The position numbers and the translations under genes are program-made. This document shows positions 21,779 to 33,794 of a stretch of DNA of 64,000 bases, piece by piece. The stretch is from an uncultured Gemmatimonadaceae bacterium (GTDB taxonomy: Bacteria > Gemmatimonadota > Gemmatimonadetes > Gemmatimonadales > Gemmatimonadaceae): NCBI GenBank assembly GCA_963829055.1, contig CAWHHI010000011.1, positions 448,001 to 512,000 of the forward strand. Reading direction: 5' to 3'. The notes beneath the pieces are model-generated. The model was given only the letters and a program-made list of their open reading frames with translations, did not search any database and was not told the origin of the DNA. How positions within the stretch are numbered: position 1 is the stretch's first letter; each line of letters starts with the position of its first letter.

Positions 21779-22327
21779 TCAGAACGCGACGCCGACGCTC
21801 GCTCGCGCGGTAGGATAGGTCAGATGCACGCTCGACACGTTGTACCGGTCGTAGCGAAGAATGCGCTTGAACCCGCCGCCCAGCGATAGCGCGAGATTAC
21901 GGCGCTTGCCACTGAGCCACGTGTAGCTCGCGTCCGTTCCGACCACGACGCCCGAGCCCTGAGACGCACGGGAGAACAGCCCACCCTCGTCCGCCGAGAG
22001 CCAGATCCGACCCGCGGACGCGCCGACGCTCAAACCCTCGAGCGCACGCTCACCCGGATAGAAGCGAATCTTCCCGTCCACTGACTTGTAGCCGAGCGGC
22101 CCGAGACTGAACGCGCTCCCACCAACCCCGATCGTGGCGTTGGACGTCACACGACGCTCGACCTCCCCTGTATAGAAGCCGAGCAGCGCGAATACCGGAC
22201 TCACGGAGATGACCTGACCGTACGCGTGCGCGCTGTCCGGAGAATTGGACGGCGGGGCAAGCTGTGCCCGCGCGTTGGTGGTACACGCCGCGAGCAGTGC
22301 GGTCACGAGGAACAGTCGTGGGGACAT
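21779..22327 (-). CDS. small outer-membrane beta-barrel protein (DUF3575-like)
   Basis: Signal peptide, amphipathic strands, C-terminal SVGVAF. Confidence 0.65.
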   Translation of the reverse strand: MSPRLFLVTALLAACTTNARAQLAPPSNSPDSAHAYGQVISVSPVFALLGFYTGEVERRVTSNATIGVGGSAFSLGPLGYKSVDGKIRFYPGERALEGLSVGASAGRIWLSADEGGLFSRASQGSGVVVGTDASYTWLSGKRRNLALSLGGGFKRILRYDRYNVSSVHLTYPTARASVGVAF

Positions 22328-22508
22328 CGAGTGAAACACCGGTGTGGAGGGTCGCTCGTTTCTACACCGCACCGCTGCTCGCGTGCCGGCATCGATGCGA
22401 ATCGACCGTGGCGGCCTGAGCTGCCACGGTCGATCGCCCACGACTCACTGTCGAGCAGACGCCCGCCTAACGCACGTCCGAATATCTACGCGCGTCAGGC
22501 GTCCCGGC

Positions 22509-23813
22509 TCAGGCGTCCCGGTTCGCGCACCCGGAGAACGCGGAGTTGTTTTTCTCAGCCTGTGACGGCGGGAGATTCATGTCGCTGCCATACACGCCGC
22601 CCTTGAAGTAGGTGCCGGTCGGCCAGACGGTATTCGGCGCTCGCGAATACTGCCGCACGAGGCGCCGAAGGTCGCCGACGCGATGCGACGTGAAGTACAT
22701 CCAGAACGCGCGCTCCCGGAACAGCAGGTCCACTCTCGCGTTCGCCGATCCGGGATCGGTGAGCGGCGTGAGACCCGACAGCGTCGCGCGCGCCGTGTTC
22801 AACTTGCCGAGCCACCCCGCGGCATCACCGGTGGCCAACAGATTCTCGGCCTCGATGAGCCGCGCCTCGATGCCCGTCGCGAGCGGCACGGGCGAATCGC
22901 CCTTCGGATACATCTGCGTCAACCAGATCGGAGTGCCGTCCTGCCCCGGGCGAGTTTTCGTCGCGTCGACCTTGATGCGCGGGTCCTTCGACGAGACGTA
23001 GTCCAGACCATTGCCGCCTTCCTTGTCCGACGGCCCGAAGTTCGGCGTCGCGAGCATCCAGTCGTAGACGTCGTTGACGATCGTCGTGGCCGAGAACTCG
23101 ACGTTGTAGACGTAGTCCGTCGGCACGGTAGCGACGGCGGTCGCGGCTTCGGCGTATCGCTTGAGATCGACGAGCGCGCGACCCTTTCCAACGAGCGCCG
23201 CGTTGCGGACCTTCGTGTCGGTAGCCGCCGCCGTGGTGAGTGCCGTGTCGAACTTCGCGATCGCCAGCGTGAACAGCTCGGCGTTGCTCATGATCGTCGT
23301 CGTCGGGTTCTGGTCATCCGCGTTTCCAACCGGGATGCCGTTGCAGTACCCTTCGCCGGCGATGACGTACGTGAAGCCCTCGAGCATGTAGAGCTGCGCG
23401 ATCTGCGACGTCGTCGTCGCGCCGGGCGTCGCATACTTGCTGAGCGACTTGATCGCGCGAATGATCTGCGTGTTCGCCTGTCCGAACGTGGTCCACACGG
23501 TCGAGGGGAACACGGCGTCGTTGACGGCGCGGCTGTCGAGGTGCTCTGTCCCACCGCGCGCGCTGAGCATCTCATCGCCGAGGAGCCCCGTGGCGATGTT
23601 CATGCCGACGCCGTTACCGGCGTTGTCGCCGGCAAAGAAGTTCGCGAAGTTGCCTAACGCCGCCGTGCGTAGCGCGGCGGCGCCGGGCGCCGAGTTCGCC
23701 TGCTCCGGCGTGATCTGATCCGGCGTCTCCACCTCCGTCAGCTTGTCGGCGCTGCAGGCCGCGACAAGGGCGGCGACCATGACGCCCGCGAGATATCGAT
23801 GCATCCGTGGCAT
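22509..23813 (-). CDS. SusD/RagB-like nutrient-binding lipoprotein
   Basis: Lipobox LVAAC; EARLIEAE, LNTARA, ERAFWMYFTSHRVGDLRR; directly downstream of SusC. Confidence 0.85.
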   Translation of the reverse strand: MPRMHRYLAGVMVAALVAACSADKLTEVETPDQITPEQANSAPGAAALRTAALGNFANFFAGDNAGNGVGMNIATGLLGDEMLSARGGTEHLDSRAVNDAVFPSTVWTTFGQANTQIIRAIKSLSKYATPGATTTSQIAQLYMLEGFTYVIAGEGYCNGIPVGNADDQNPTTTIMSNAELFTLAIAKFDTALTTAAATDTKVRNAALVGKGRALVDLKRYAEAATAVATVPTDYVYNVEFSATTIVNDVYDWMLATPNFGPSDKEGGNGLDYVSSKDPRIKVDATKTRPGQDGTPIWLTQMYPKGDSPVPLATGIEARLIEAENLLATGDAAGWLGKLNTARATLSGLTPLTDPGSANARVDLLFRERAFWMYFTSHRVGDLRRLVRQYSRAPNTVWPTGTYFKGGVYGSDMNLPPSQAEKNNSAFSGCANRDA

Positions 23814-23854
23814 GTGTGTGTGTCGTCCGAGTTTCGAGTTGGTCGGGCGCATGA

Positions 23855-26800
23855 TCAGAATCCGAGGTTGAGGCGCACGATCCAGTAGCGGAGCGCGGGC
23901 GGTGAGAAGAAGTCGTTGTTGCCACCGCCGGTGTTCGCGGCATTGCTGTTCGCCTCGGGATCGATGCCCGGATACTTCGTCCATGGCGTGCCGAGATTGC
24001 GCCCGCTCAGGACGAGCGTGGCGGACCGAGCGCGCGCGTTGCGGACGAACCGCTCCGGCACGGTGTACGCGAGCGACATCTCACGGAATCGGACGAAGTC
24101 GTTCCGCACGAACAACCCCCACTGCGTGCGCTTGCTCGGGCTGTTCGCGGCCACCGCCGCTGCCTGATCGGCGAGCGGCGCCGTCGGATCGTTCACCGCT
24201 CGGCAGTTGCCACTCGACACGCAGCGCTGGTTCTGGTAGCCCCACTGGTTGTAGAAGTTGCCGCGATAGTCGAAGAGCGTGGTGAGACGGAGCGTGTTCT
24301 TGAAGAAGCCGAGTGATCCCGAGAGTCCAGCCTGGCGCTCGGGAAGCGTGGGCCCCGGTACAGGGCCGTGTCGCTGACGACGATCTCATTTTCGGTGATG
24401 ATCCCGTCGTTGTTCGCGTCGGCGTAGGAAATCAGCTTGCGATCCCAGAGACCGAACAGCGGAAAGCCTTCGACGTTTCGCGAACCCGGGGCGGTCGGAA
24501 GAGGCGCGCCACCGGCGTCGGTCAGCTTGTTCTTGATGATGGAGCCGTTCAGCCGCAGGTCGAACGTGATGGGATCCGACGCGATAGACGGTCGCATCGA
24601 TGTTCGCCTCGAAGCCGCGGTTCTGGACCTGCGCGAGGTTCTCCCATTTGGTCGCGCCGGCGCCGTACGATGGCGGCAGCGGCCGGTTGAACAGCGCGTC
24701 CTTCGATCCCTTGTTGAAGAACGTGGCTTCCACGTTCACGCGATCATTGAGGAATCCGACATCGAGGCCGGCCTCCATTTCGGTCGTCACTTCGGGTTTG
24801 AGATCGGGGTTACCGATCGACGTTAGGCGCAGCCCTGGCGCCTCACCGCTCTCGGTCGGATAGGTCGCGGCGTTGAGGTACTGGATCGCGGCGACGGTGC
24901 CCGGCTGGACGCCGGCCTTGCCGTACGCACTGCGAAGTCGCAGACGATTCATGCCGGGAACTCTCGGCCACCACGTCCTCCTCCGAGATCACGTACGAGA
25001 GCGAGGCACGCGGATAGACCGTGTTGCCGACATCACGGCCGAACGCGCTGTTCTTGTCGATGCGCGCGCCCGCCGTCGCGAACAGCTTGTCGCGCCATCC
25101 GATCTGTTCCTCGACGAATGCGCCGTAGGTCGCGTTCTCGGTCGTGAACTCGAACGCCCGCACCTGCGATCCGGCGGAGTTGGGCGTCGACGCGCCCGGT
25201 GGCAGGTTGTAGCCCTGCCCCTGAGACTGATACAGCTCGTCCTTGAACCACTGCGCGCCAACCGACGTGCGCGAGGAGATCGTCGGTGTGGCTGCCCACG
25301 TCCCGGTCGCCCCGAGGTCGACCGTGTACTTGCGTGCTGTTGGAGCGGTCGAGGAACTTGCCGCCTTCCTGGCCGTTCGGTCCCCACGCCAGGCCGACGC
25401 GCGTGCCTTCGCCGCGAAGCTGCTCGCGGAAGTTGAACCCATGGTCCTGATCGATGCCGACGACCGCGCGCCCCTGGAGCCACGACTTGGGCGACCAGTT
25501 GAGCGACGTGCTCGCCGTCAGGCGCTGATCCTGGAGCTCCTGCTGAATCGACATCACGTCGCCAGGCAGCTCACGCTGGTAGCCTTCCGTCGTGCCGCGC
25601 ACACCGCGCGCGGTGATCGCCTGGAACGTGAGTCCGGCGAAGAACCCGCCGTCGAACGGCGTGAACAGACGCTGGTCCGTGTACCCGCTCGATACATCCA
25701 GCGTCAGCGTTGGCGTCAACGACAGACCGAAGTTGCCGCGAATGTTGTTCGACTTGAGCTGGTTCGGGTGGATCTGTTTCGGACGCGGGCGCGTTCCCCG
25801 CTCTTCCGTGAGCCGAGTGATCTCGCTCGCCGGCATCTCGTACGGCCCGACTTCCGACTCGTGATCACCGGACATGAAATAGCGCAGCCGTTCGGAGCCT
25901 CCGGAGAACTGCAACCCGACCATCGATCGGGTCTGGTCCTTGAACGGCGTCGTCTGTGAGTTCATGAGCGGATTGAACGTCGTCAGGCTGTCGATCATGC
26001 ACTGCTTCGCGGCGAACGACGTGATCTTGCACTGGATCGGGTTGCCGGTGGGCTGGCCCGACGCGTTCAGGGACCGACCCCAGCTCGTGTAGTTCGGTTC
26101 GAACTGAGCCGGCTGCTGAACGATTCCGCCCTCTCCGAAGACGCTCCAATTCGTTCGTCCGACCTGTCCGCGTTTCGTCTTGATGACGATGACGCCGTTC
26201 GCGGCGGCCGTTCCGTACAGCGCTGCAGCCGATGGACCCTTGATGATGTCCATCGACTCGATGTCCTCGGTGCCGAGCGTGTTGAGGCGATTGATCCGCT
26301 GTGTGCTGACGTTGCCGCTGTTGGGCAGCTGCTGATTGTCGAAGCGCACGCCGTCGATGACGATGAGCGGCTCGTTCGTGAGCGACAGCGAGCTCGTACC
26401 GCGGATGCGGATCGAGGACGATGCACCGGTCTGCCCGGCGCCCTGAATCACCTGCACGCCGGAGGTGCGTCCCTGCAGCATCTCGTTGACGTTCGTGATG
26501 GGCGCTTCCTTCGCGACCGAATCGGCCGAGATGGTCGCGACGACGTTGCCGAATGTGCGTCGCTCCTGATCGCCGGTCGCGGTCGTCACGACTTCCGCGA
26601 GGCGCGTCGCCGCGCGCGTGATCGCGAGGTCCAGTCGCACCTCACCCGACGCGGGAACGGTGACTTGAGTGTCTGTTGGAGCGTATCCGATGCGGACGAC
26701 GTGCACCCTCTGTGGGCCTGACGGGACGCTCAGGATGACGAAGTCGCCATTCGGCTGAGTGACGGCGCCGAGCCGTGTGCCGGTGACCGCCACCTGAGCG

Positions 26801-26973
26801 GCGGCGACAGGAGCGCCGCCATCCGAGTCGGTGATGCGGCCGCGGATGGTTCCGGTTCCCGCTGTTTGCGCTGATAGTCCCGCGGGAAGCGCGAGACTCC
26901 CCACGAGGAGCAGCGGCGTGAGCCTACCTAACGATGATCTCACCAGTAGTGATCTCGCGAACGACAATGACAC
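23855..26973 (-). CDS. SusC/RagA family TonB-linked outer-membrane transporter; several frameshifts
   Basis: AGGAGG RBS + GTG; IRIRG..EPLIVIDG, DIESMDIIKGPSAAALYGTAAANGVIVIKTKRG, GNPDLKPE, C-terminal LNLGF. Confidence 0.92.
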
Positions 26974-27420
26974 GGGGTACCTCCTGCGTGCAGGTGGACT
27001 GACACGGGCATGTGATCCATCCGGCGTGGGCCCCTGGGCTGGCCGATCCGGCGGGCAGGACACGCTCGGACGGCGTGACGCCGGGTGGCGGACGCGCGGT
27101 GGCGGAGGCGTCGTGAGACGCGGGGTGCGGGGCGCGATGGCTCGTCGGACGACTCGATGCCATGGAATGATCGTTAGGCAGTGACGAAACGATCGCCGTG
27201 CATCACGGTTCGTCACAGAATTTTGCGTCCGGACGCCGGGTCCGACGCGCTCGATCTTCCTTTCGGTCGCGCAGCCGCGCAAACCTAGTGCCGGGACGTT
27301 GCGGGCGTGGGTGTATTGAGGGGCCGTGACGAGATGCTTCACGACGGGCGCGACTGTAGGATGCGACGTGATGCACCGCGCGCGGCCTAACGCGGCCGGC
27401 GGGATGTGCTCGAGGCCGGC

Positions 27421-27460
27421 AAAAACAAACACCGGGGTGCTCTCAGAGAGAGCACCCCGG
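27421..27460 (-). terminator. rho-independent terminator of the amidoligase operon
   Basis: 12-bp stem CCGGGGTGCTCT/AGAGCACCCCGG followed on the minus strand by TGTTTGTTTTT. Confidence 0.85.
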
Positions 27461-27497
27461 CGACCTCACGCTCGAGTAAGCGACGTGAGCGCTGCCG

Positions 27498-28247
27498 CTA
27501 CGCGGCCGCCGCCTCCACGAAGTCGCGGAACAATACACCCGTGCTCGGCTCCGAGAGCTCGAATACTTCCGGGTGCCACTGCACGCCGACGATGAAGCGA
27601 TCGGCGTTAGGCGACTCGACCGCTTCGATGAGCCCGTCAGGCGCCGTGGCGGACGCGACCAGCGCCGACGCCAATACTTTGATTCCCTGATGATGCATGC
27701 TGTTCACGGGGACGGACGCACCAGTGAGCGCATGTCTCATTCTCGAGCCGGCCTGTACTGCGACCTCGTGCGCGAGATGATCGCGCGAGAAACCATACGT
27801 CGGGAAATAGTCGTGCTTGATCGCGTTCGGGTACTCGGCGTCGAGATCCTGATACAGCGTCCCACCGAGCGCGACGTTGATCACCTGCAACCCTCGGCAC
27901 AACCCGAGCACCGGTTTCCCGTCCTCGACCGCCCACTTCACGAGCTGGATCTCGACACGATCACGCGCCGGGTCGATACGACCCAATCGCTCGTGGGGAG
28001 TTTCTCCGAATACACCCGGGTCGACGTCGACGCCACCGGGGATCAGGATCCCATCCATGCGCTCGTAGATCGCGCGCAGCGTCTCGACCTCGTCGAGCAG
28101 CGGGATGAGCACGGGCGCCGCACCCGCCATCGCAGCCGCGTGGTAGTAGCGCTGGTTCATGACCACCGAATGCGGCAACCCCTCCGGGATGCCATCGATG
28201 GCCTGCAACGTCTGAGTAGTGATACCGATCAGTGGACTTGCGCGCAT
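27498..28247 (-). CDS. gamma-glutamyl-gamma-aminobutyrate hydrolase family (peptidase C26, PuuD-like)
   Basis: GGVDVDP, GLCRGLQ, VNSMHHQ, GVQWHPE. Confidence 0.93.
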   Translation of the reverse strand: MRASPLIGITTQTLQAIDGIPEGLPHSVVMNQRYYHAAAMAGAAPVLIPLLDEVETLRAIYERMDGILIPGGVDVDPGVFGETPHERLGRIDPARDRVEIQLVKWAVEDGKPVLGLCRGLQVINVALGGTLYQDLDAEYPNAIKHDYFPTYGFSRDHLAHEVAVQAGSRMRHALTGASVPVNSMHHQGIKVLASALVASATAPDGLIEAVESPNADRFIVGVQWHPEVFELSEPSTGVLFRDFVEAAAA

Positions 28248-28367
28248 TTACAGAGGATTGGGAGCTGTCATCCCCAGGGACATCCTGGAAAGCGACCACA
28301 CCGAAAGCACGATTGACGCCAGACTGTTCAAACGAAAGCTAGGTCACGACGTAGAGCCTCGGACATG

Positions 28368-29521
28368 TCAGGGAACGCCCGCCCCTTCGCCCTTCGGAAG
28401 CTCAGCGTCCTCCGGTATGACCCCCTCTCGCGTTTCCGCGATGAGGTGGTCGACGACCGCCTTGATGTCGCCCGTCTTCTCATACACGGCGATCTGCCGG
28501 TCGGCGCTCGACCCTCCCTCGAGGATCTTGAAGGCGTACTCGATTTCCTTGCGGCTGCCGAGCTCGTCCACGACGTCGTCGATGAACCACTCGATGCAGC
28601 TCGCGAATGAGCTCGCGCGCCGGCAGTTCGCGCTCCTTCCCGAAATCGATCAGCTTCCCGTCGAGCCCGTAGCGCACCGCGCGCCACTTGTTCTCGTCGA
28701 TGAGCTCCGACGGGTAGACGCGGAACGTGATGTTGTCGCGGCGCATCTTCCACATCTTCGCGACGATCGCCTGCAGGATGGCGGCGACACAGACGGCCTC
28801 GTCCACGCGCGTGAACACGTCGCAGACGCGGAACTCGAGCGTCGGGTACTTCCAGTGCGGGCGGACGTCCCACCAGATCTTCGAGCCGTCGGGAATGCAG
28901 CCCGTCGTGATGAGCGTGTCGAGATAGGTCTGGTAGTCGTTCCACGAGTCGAGAATCGGCGGGACGCCCGAGCGCGGAAAGCGCGGAAGACGACGCTGCG
29001 GTACGACTTGAGGCCGGTGCTGCCGGCCGATCCAGAACGGCGAGCTGGTGGAGAGGCAGAGGATGTGCGGCAGGAAGTAGCGCGCGACGTTCATCGCATC
29101 GATGAGGAAGTCGCGATCCTCGATGCCGATGTGCACGTGCGTGCCGAAGATCAGCAGCTGCTGCGCGAGATCCTGCATCGCGTCCTGCGTCCCGATGTAG
29201 CGCTCGAGCGGCGTGATCTCCTGGTCGACCCAGTGCGAGAACGGGTGCGTGCCGGCCGCGGCGATCGAGAGATTCTTGAGCCCGGCGAGCTCCATCACGC
29301 CTCGGCGCAGTCGCACGAGCTCTTCGCGCACTTCCTGCGGCGTGCGGCAGACCGTCGTTGCCGACCTCGACGATCGACTGGTGCAGCTCCGGCTTCACCT
29401 GCCCGAGAAAGCGGTGGTCGTACTCGAGGATCTGCGTGATGTACGACTGCAGCTCGCGAGTCTGCGGGTCGATGATCTGGTACTCTTCTTCGATGCCGAT
29501 CGTTAGGGAAGGAGGCTTCAT
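28368..29521 (-). CDS. carboxylate-amine ligase, YbdK/GCS2 family; frameshifted
   Basis: [54 protein letters not shown]. Confidence 0.92.
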
Positions 29522-29535
29522 AGTCCTGTCTGATC

Positions 29536-30897
29536 TCACCGTTTTTCGACGAGGAACGTCGGCACCGTCGACCCGCCTCCGGCCGTCACGTTCAGCAGCG
29601 CAGCCGTGGAGAGTCGCGTCAGGCACCCTTCCATGTACTCACCGTAGCTCACGAACGGCGCCGTGTCGAGCATCCGGTCGACCACCTGCACCTTCCCGTC
29701 CACCATGCTCGGGTAGGGCTCGTACGGAATGCGCACGCGCTCCTGCACGATGTACGGCGCGGCGAGCGCGCGCGCAATGGCTTCGCCCCACGCCGCGTCG
29801 TCCACTGTCCAGCCGAGCATGATGCCGGCTCCGCCGTAGTCGTCGTTCGGCTTGAGCACGAGCTGCTCGCGGTGCTCGCGCATGAACGGCACGAGGTCGA
29901 CGTCGCGTCCGTCGAACTGCGTCTTCCGCTCGACGACCGTGCGCGTCCACGGCACGTGCGCGTCGATCGCCGCGCGCTCGTCGTCGTCGAACAGGTGCGC
30001 GTTCCGCTCGTCGCTGAGCACGGCGAGGCTCGCCTTCTTGTGCAGCATCTTGCAGCGGAAGCCGTTCACCATGCACACCGCGCGGTCGCGCACGGCGCGG
30101 ACCATCGGGCTGTCGAGTCCGCACTGCTCGACCAGCTCGTGGATGAGCACGCGCTTGTAGATCAGGTCGACTGGATCACCATCGCCGAACGACAGCCGGC
30201 CGTTGCGGTACTCGGCCGTCGCGCGGGTCGGCGATGACGCACTCGATGCCGCGCGAGTGGAAGTAGTCGCGGAACAGCTCGAACTCGCTCACCGTCGGCA
30301 CGTCCGGCCAGTCGACGATGGCGATGCGCGGCAGCTCGCGGCGGCCGAGCCATTCCTCGTACGTCGCGAGCAGCGACGTGCAGGACGCCGTGTCGCGACG
30401 GGATCGGCGAGATCTCGTACTGCCGCGCGAACGCGCGCATGACGGGCAGGTCGATGAACACGTCGGTCAGCGCGTCGCCGTACGCCGCCCCCGCGGGCGT
30501 CTCGGCGTTGTACTCGGTGAGCTTCATCTCGCGGTCTTCGTCGACGATGAACGCGTCGAGCCGCGACGTCGGGCTGGGGTTGCGGATGCCCGGGTCGTCG
30601 GCGACGAGCGTCTCCTCCCAGTCGGTGAGCAGGAACTGCCGCCGGAACTCGCGGCTGGCGATGCGCGGCGTCGTACGTCTTGGCGAACACGCGCATGAGC
30701 GACGCGGCACGCGACCCTGCAGCCACGCGTGACTGCGTCGTGATTCGTGAGGCGCGGGCGAAGCACGGTGCAGAGCGGGCGGCCGCCGAAGATGAGGCCG
30801 CTGCGCCGCAGCTGAGCTCGTCCAGCATGCCCTGCGAGTCAGCCGCGAGCTGCTCGTCGTCGAGCAGATCATGATACGTCGAGATCGCGTCGCGCAT
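29536..30897 (-). CDS. circularly permuted ATP-grasp (type 2 / glutathionylspermidine synthase-like) ligase; frameshifted
   Basis: SRLDAF, EYNAETPAG, HKKASLAVL, HVPWTR, LVLKPNDDYGGAGI, YIVQE, LNVTAGGG. Confidence 0.82.
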
Positions 30898-30936
30898 GCC
30901 AGTGATCGTCGGACACTCACGTCGAACGCGATCGCG

Positions 30937-31948
30937 TCAGCGGCAGGCTCCGACCTGCCGCGCTGCAGCCAGCGCGGCGAGCTGCGCCGTGAACGCCGTG
31001 CTCCACTTGAGGTCTTTCGCCTGCGGCGCGGCTTCTTCGCGAGCGCGATGACCATGTCGGCCATGTGCTTCACCACCCACTCGAAGTAGTGCGGCGTCAG
31101 CGAGTTGATGTCCATGTCCGGCGCCGGGTTCATGAAGTCGATCGCGTACGGCACGCCATCGCGCACCGCGAACTCGATCGAGTTCATGTCGTAGCCGAGC
31201 GCGCTTGCACGAGCGTGCGCGCGTCCGTCGATCGATGCGCGCTGCCGAGGCCGGCGCGCAGGTGGTCCGTCCTCGACGATGTACTTCCGCTCGCGCGGAT
31301 CGTACTTCATCGGCAGGATCTCTTCCTGGCCGAGGCACATGCAGCGGACGAACTGGTCCCACTCGATGAACTCCTGCACGATCATCGTGAGCAGCCCGGA
31401 GCTGATCGTAGTGCTGGATCAGCTCCTCGAGCGAGCGGCAGACGTACACGTCGCGCCAGCCGCCGCCGTGCGCGTCCTTGAGGATGCACGGCAGGCCGAT
31501 GTGCTCGACGATGCCATCCCAGTCGAGCGGGAACTCGAGGTTGCGCAGGCTCTCGTCGTGCTTGATGCCCGGGCACGTACTCCTTGTTCGGCAGCACGAC
31601 CGTCTTCGGGCTCGCGACGCCGAGCTTCGTCGACCAGCGACGCGCCGAAGAACTTGTCGTCGGCCGTCCACATGAACGGGTTGTTGACGACCGTCGCGCC
31701 CTGCGAGCACCGCGTGCTTGAGGTACGATGCGGTAATACGGGACCTCGTGCGAGATGCGGTCGACGATGACGTCGTACGGCACGGCCGTCATCGTGCGCC
31801 GGCGCGCCGATCTTCACGAACTCGACCGTCGACGCCGGCGTCGCGGCTGCTGCACCTCCTCGATGAACGCGGGCGGGAAGGACCACTCGCGCCCGACCAT
31901 CAGGCCGACGCGGTACGTACGAGCGAGTTTTGCGGGACGCTTTGCCAT
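30937..31948 (-). CDS. RimK-like ATP-grasp ligase; frameshifted
   Basis: GREWSFPPAF, VDRISHEVPY, VNNPFMWTADDKFF, LKDAHGGGW, IVQEFI, NSIEFA, IDFMNPAPD. Confidence 0.85.
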
Positions 31949-32017
31949 GGTAAAGCTCTATCCGTGCGAGAGGAATCGAGTGAGGACTGGTGGAGCGAAT
32001 CACAGGTCGGAAAGTAG

Positions 32018-32160
32018 GTCATTCGGCGAGCGGGTGCATCGGCGAGCCCGGAGGCGCGGAGTCGAGGAATCGCGATCCTACCGGGTCGAGGCCCTCTATC
32101 CGAGCGATCGCGATTCCTCGACTGCGCGTGCGCTCCGCGCACGCTCCGCTCGGAATGACA
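32018..32160. repeat. REP/MITE-like palindrome GTCATTC...GAATGAC (related to family B)
   Basis: Terminal IR plus inner stem AGTCGAGGAATCGCGATC / GATCGCGATTCCTCGACT. Confidence 0.75.
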
Positions 32161-32162
32161 CC

Positions 32163-32883
32163 CTAGTCATGCCCGCCGATGTACAGGCCGATCATCTTCT
32201 CCCAGATCGGCCAGTCGTGCGCGTGGCCGTTCCAGATGCGCAGCGCGTTGCCGATCCCCTTCTCCCAGAGGATCCGCGAGAACTCCCGATTGTTCTCGTA
32301 CATCGGGTCGCCCTGGCCGATCGCGAAGATGAGGTCCTGCGCCCGGAACGCGGCCAGGCGTCCCGGATCGTGCTCGTGCTGCATGAAGTCGAACGGGTTG
32401 CAGGCGTAGACGTTCGTCGTCCGAGTAGCCGCCCGTGAACCGCTTGATGTCGTAGTTGCCGCTCATCCCGATGATGCGATTCACGCGTTCGGGATAGCGA
32501 AAGCCGAAGCTCGCGGCGTGGAACGCGCCGAAGCTCGCGCCGGTCGCGATCACATACGGGTTGTCGTTCCTGGACATCGAGAACGGCAACACCTCGTCGG
32601 CGATGTACGACAGGTACTGCAGATGACGCCACGCCTGCGCGCCTGGATGCAGATGCTTGCCGTACCAGCTCTCGTCGTGGACCTGATCCACGCAGTACAG
32701 CTGAATCCAGCCGTTGTTGATCTGGTCACGCAGCACTTCGTGCATGCGCCGATCCGGCCATTCGCTGTGCGTCCCCATCGTCGTCGGAAACACGATCACC
32801 CGGGCACCGGCGTGACCGATGACCTGCAGGTGCATGTATTTGTTGAGTGACGGACTATGCCACCCGGCGTGTTCGTGGTGCAT
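32163..32883 (-). CDS. putative esterase (alpha/beta hydrolase); frameshift near 32410
   Basis: WHSPSL, GASFG nucleophile elbow, HDWPIW. Confidence 0.88.
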
Positions 32884-32995
32884 TGTTTGGGAACTGGGGA
32901 CTGGGGACTAGGGACTACGGCTGGTTGCTGGTCGCTCGTGCTGGTCGCTGGTCGAGAGCTGACGGCGGGCTGATGACCCGGGTCATGGCCGATGG

Positions 32996-33794
32996 CTACG
33001 TCTGCAACAGGAATGGCAACGCCTCGCCAAGCCGGCGACCCCAGTCGACCTCGTTGTGGCGACCCTTGGGATCCTCGACCCAGCGCAGCTCACTGCCCAG
33101 CATGTATCCCTTCTCGACGAGCGCATCGCGCATTCGTCGGGCATCGTCCAACGCGACTTTCCCTTCCCGCGCGCCGATATCCAGGTAGATCCGACCAGGA
33201 ACGTGCGCGGCCGATTCCAGCTCTGGAAAAATGCTGCGTCCAGCGAACCACAGCGAGGGGCTCAACACGCCAACGAAGCCGAAGACCGATGGGATTGCGC
33301 AGGTAGGCATACAGCGTGATCAGCCCGCCCATGGATGATCCGACCATCCCCGTATGCGCGCGATCCGGACGCGTGCGGAAGCCGGCGTCGACGAGCGGCT
33401 TGACCGTCCCGATGATCCAGTCGAGGTACAGATCGCCCTTCCCACCACCAACCTTCGCGTCGACGTACGGCGAATACTCGGCGAGCCGGTCCGCGCCCAT
33501 GTTCGGGATGCCGACGACGATCGCCTCGAGCGACCGCTTCCCGGCGCGCTCCATGGCCGTATCGACGCGCCACGGCTCCGCGTAGCTCGTGCGCGGGTCG
33601 AACAGATTCTGCCCGTCATGCATGTAGATGACGGGATACCGGCGCTCCGCGCGCGAGTAGGCGGGCGGGAGCCAGACGGTGAGGTCGCGGCGGTTGCCGA
33701 GTTCGGCGCTCGGGACGTCGGGGAGCGTCACGAGCGTGCCGCGGGCGCGACGCGCGCGGACGCGCGGCCAGAGCGCGCTTCGACGCTGGGTCAC
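32996..33794 (-). CDS. alpha/beta hydrolase, IroE/Fes-like putative esterase; frameshift near 33290
   Basis: VWLPPAY, YPVIYMHDGQNLF, GSSMGG, SPSLW, HNEVDW. Confidence 0.9.
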
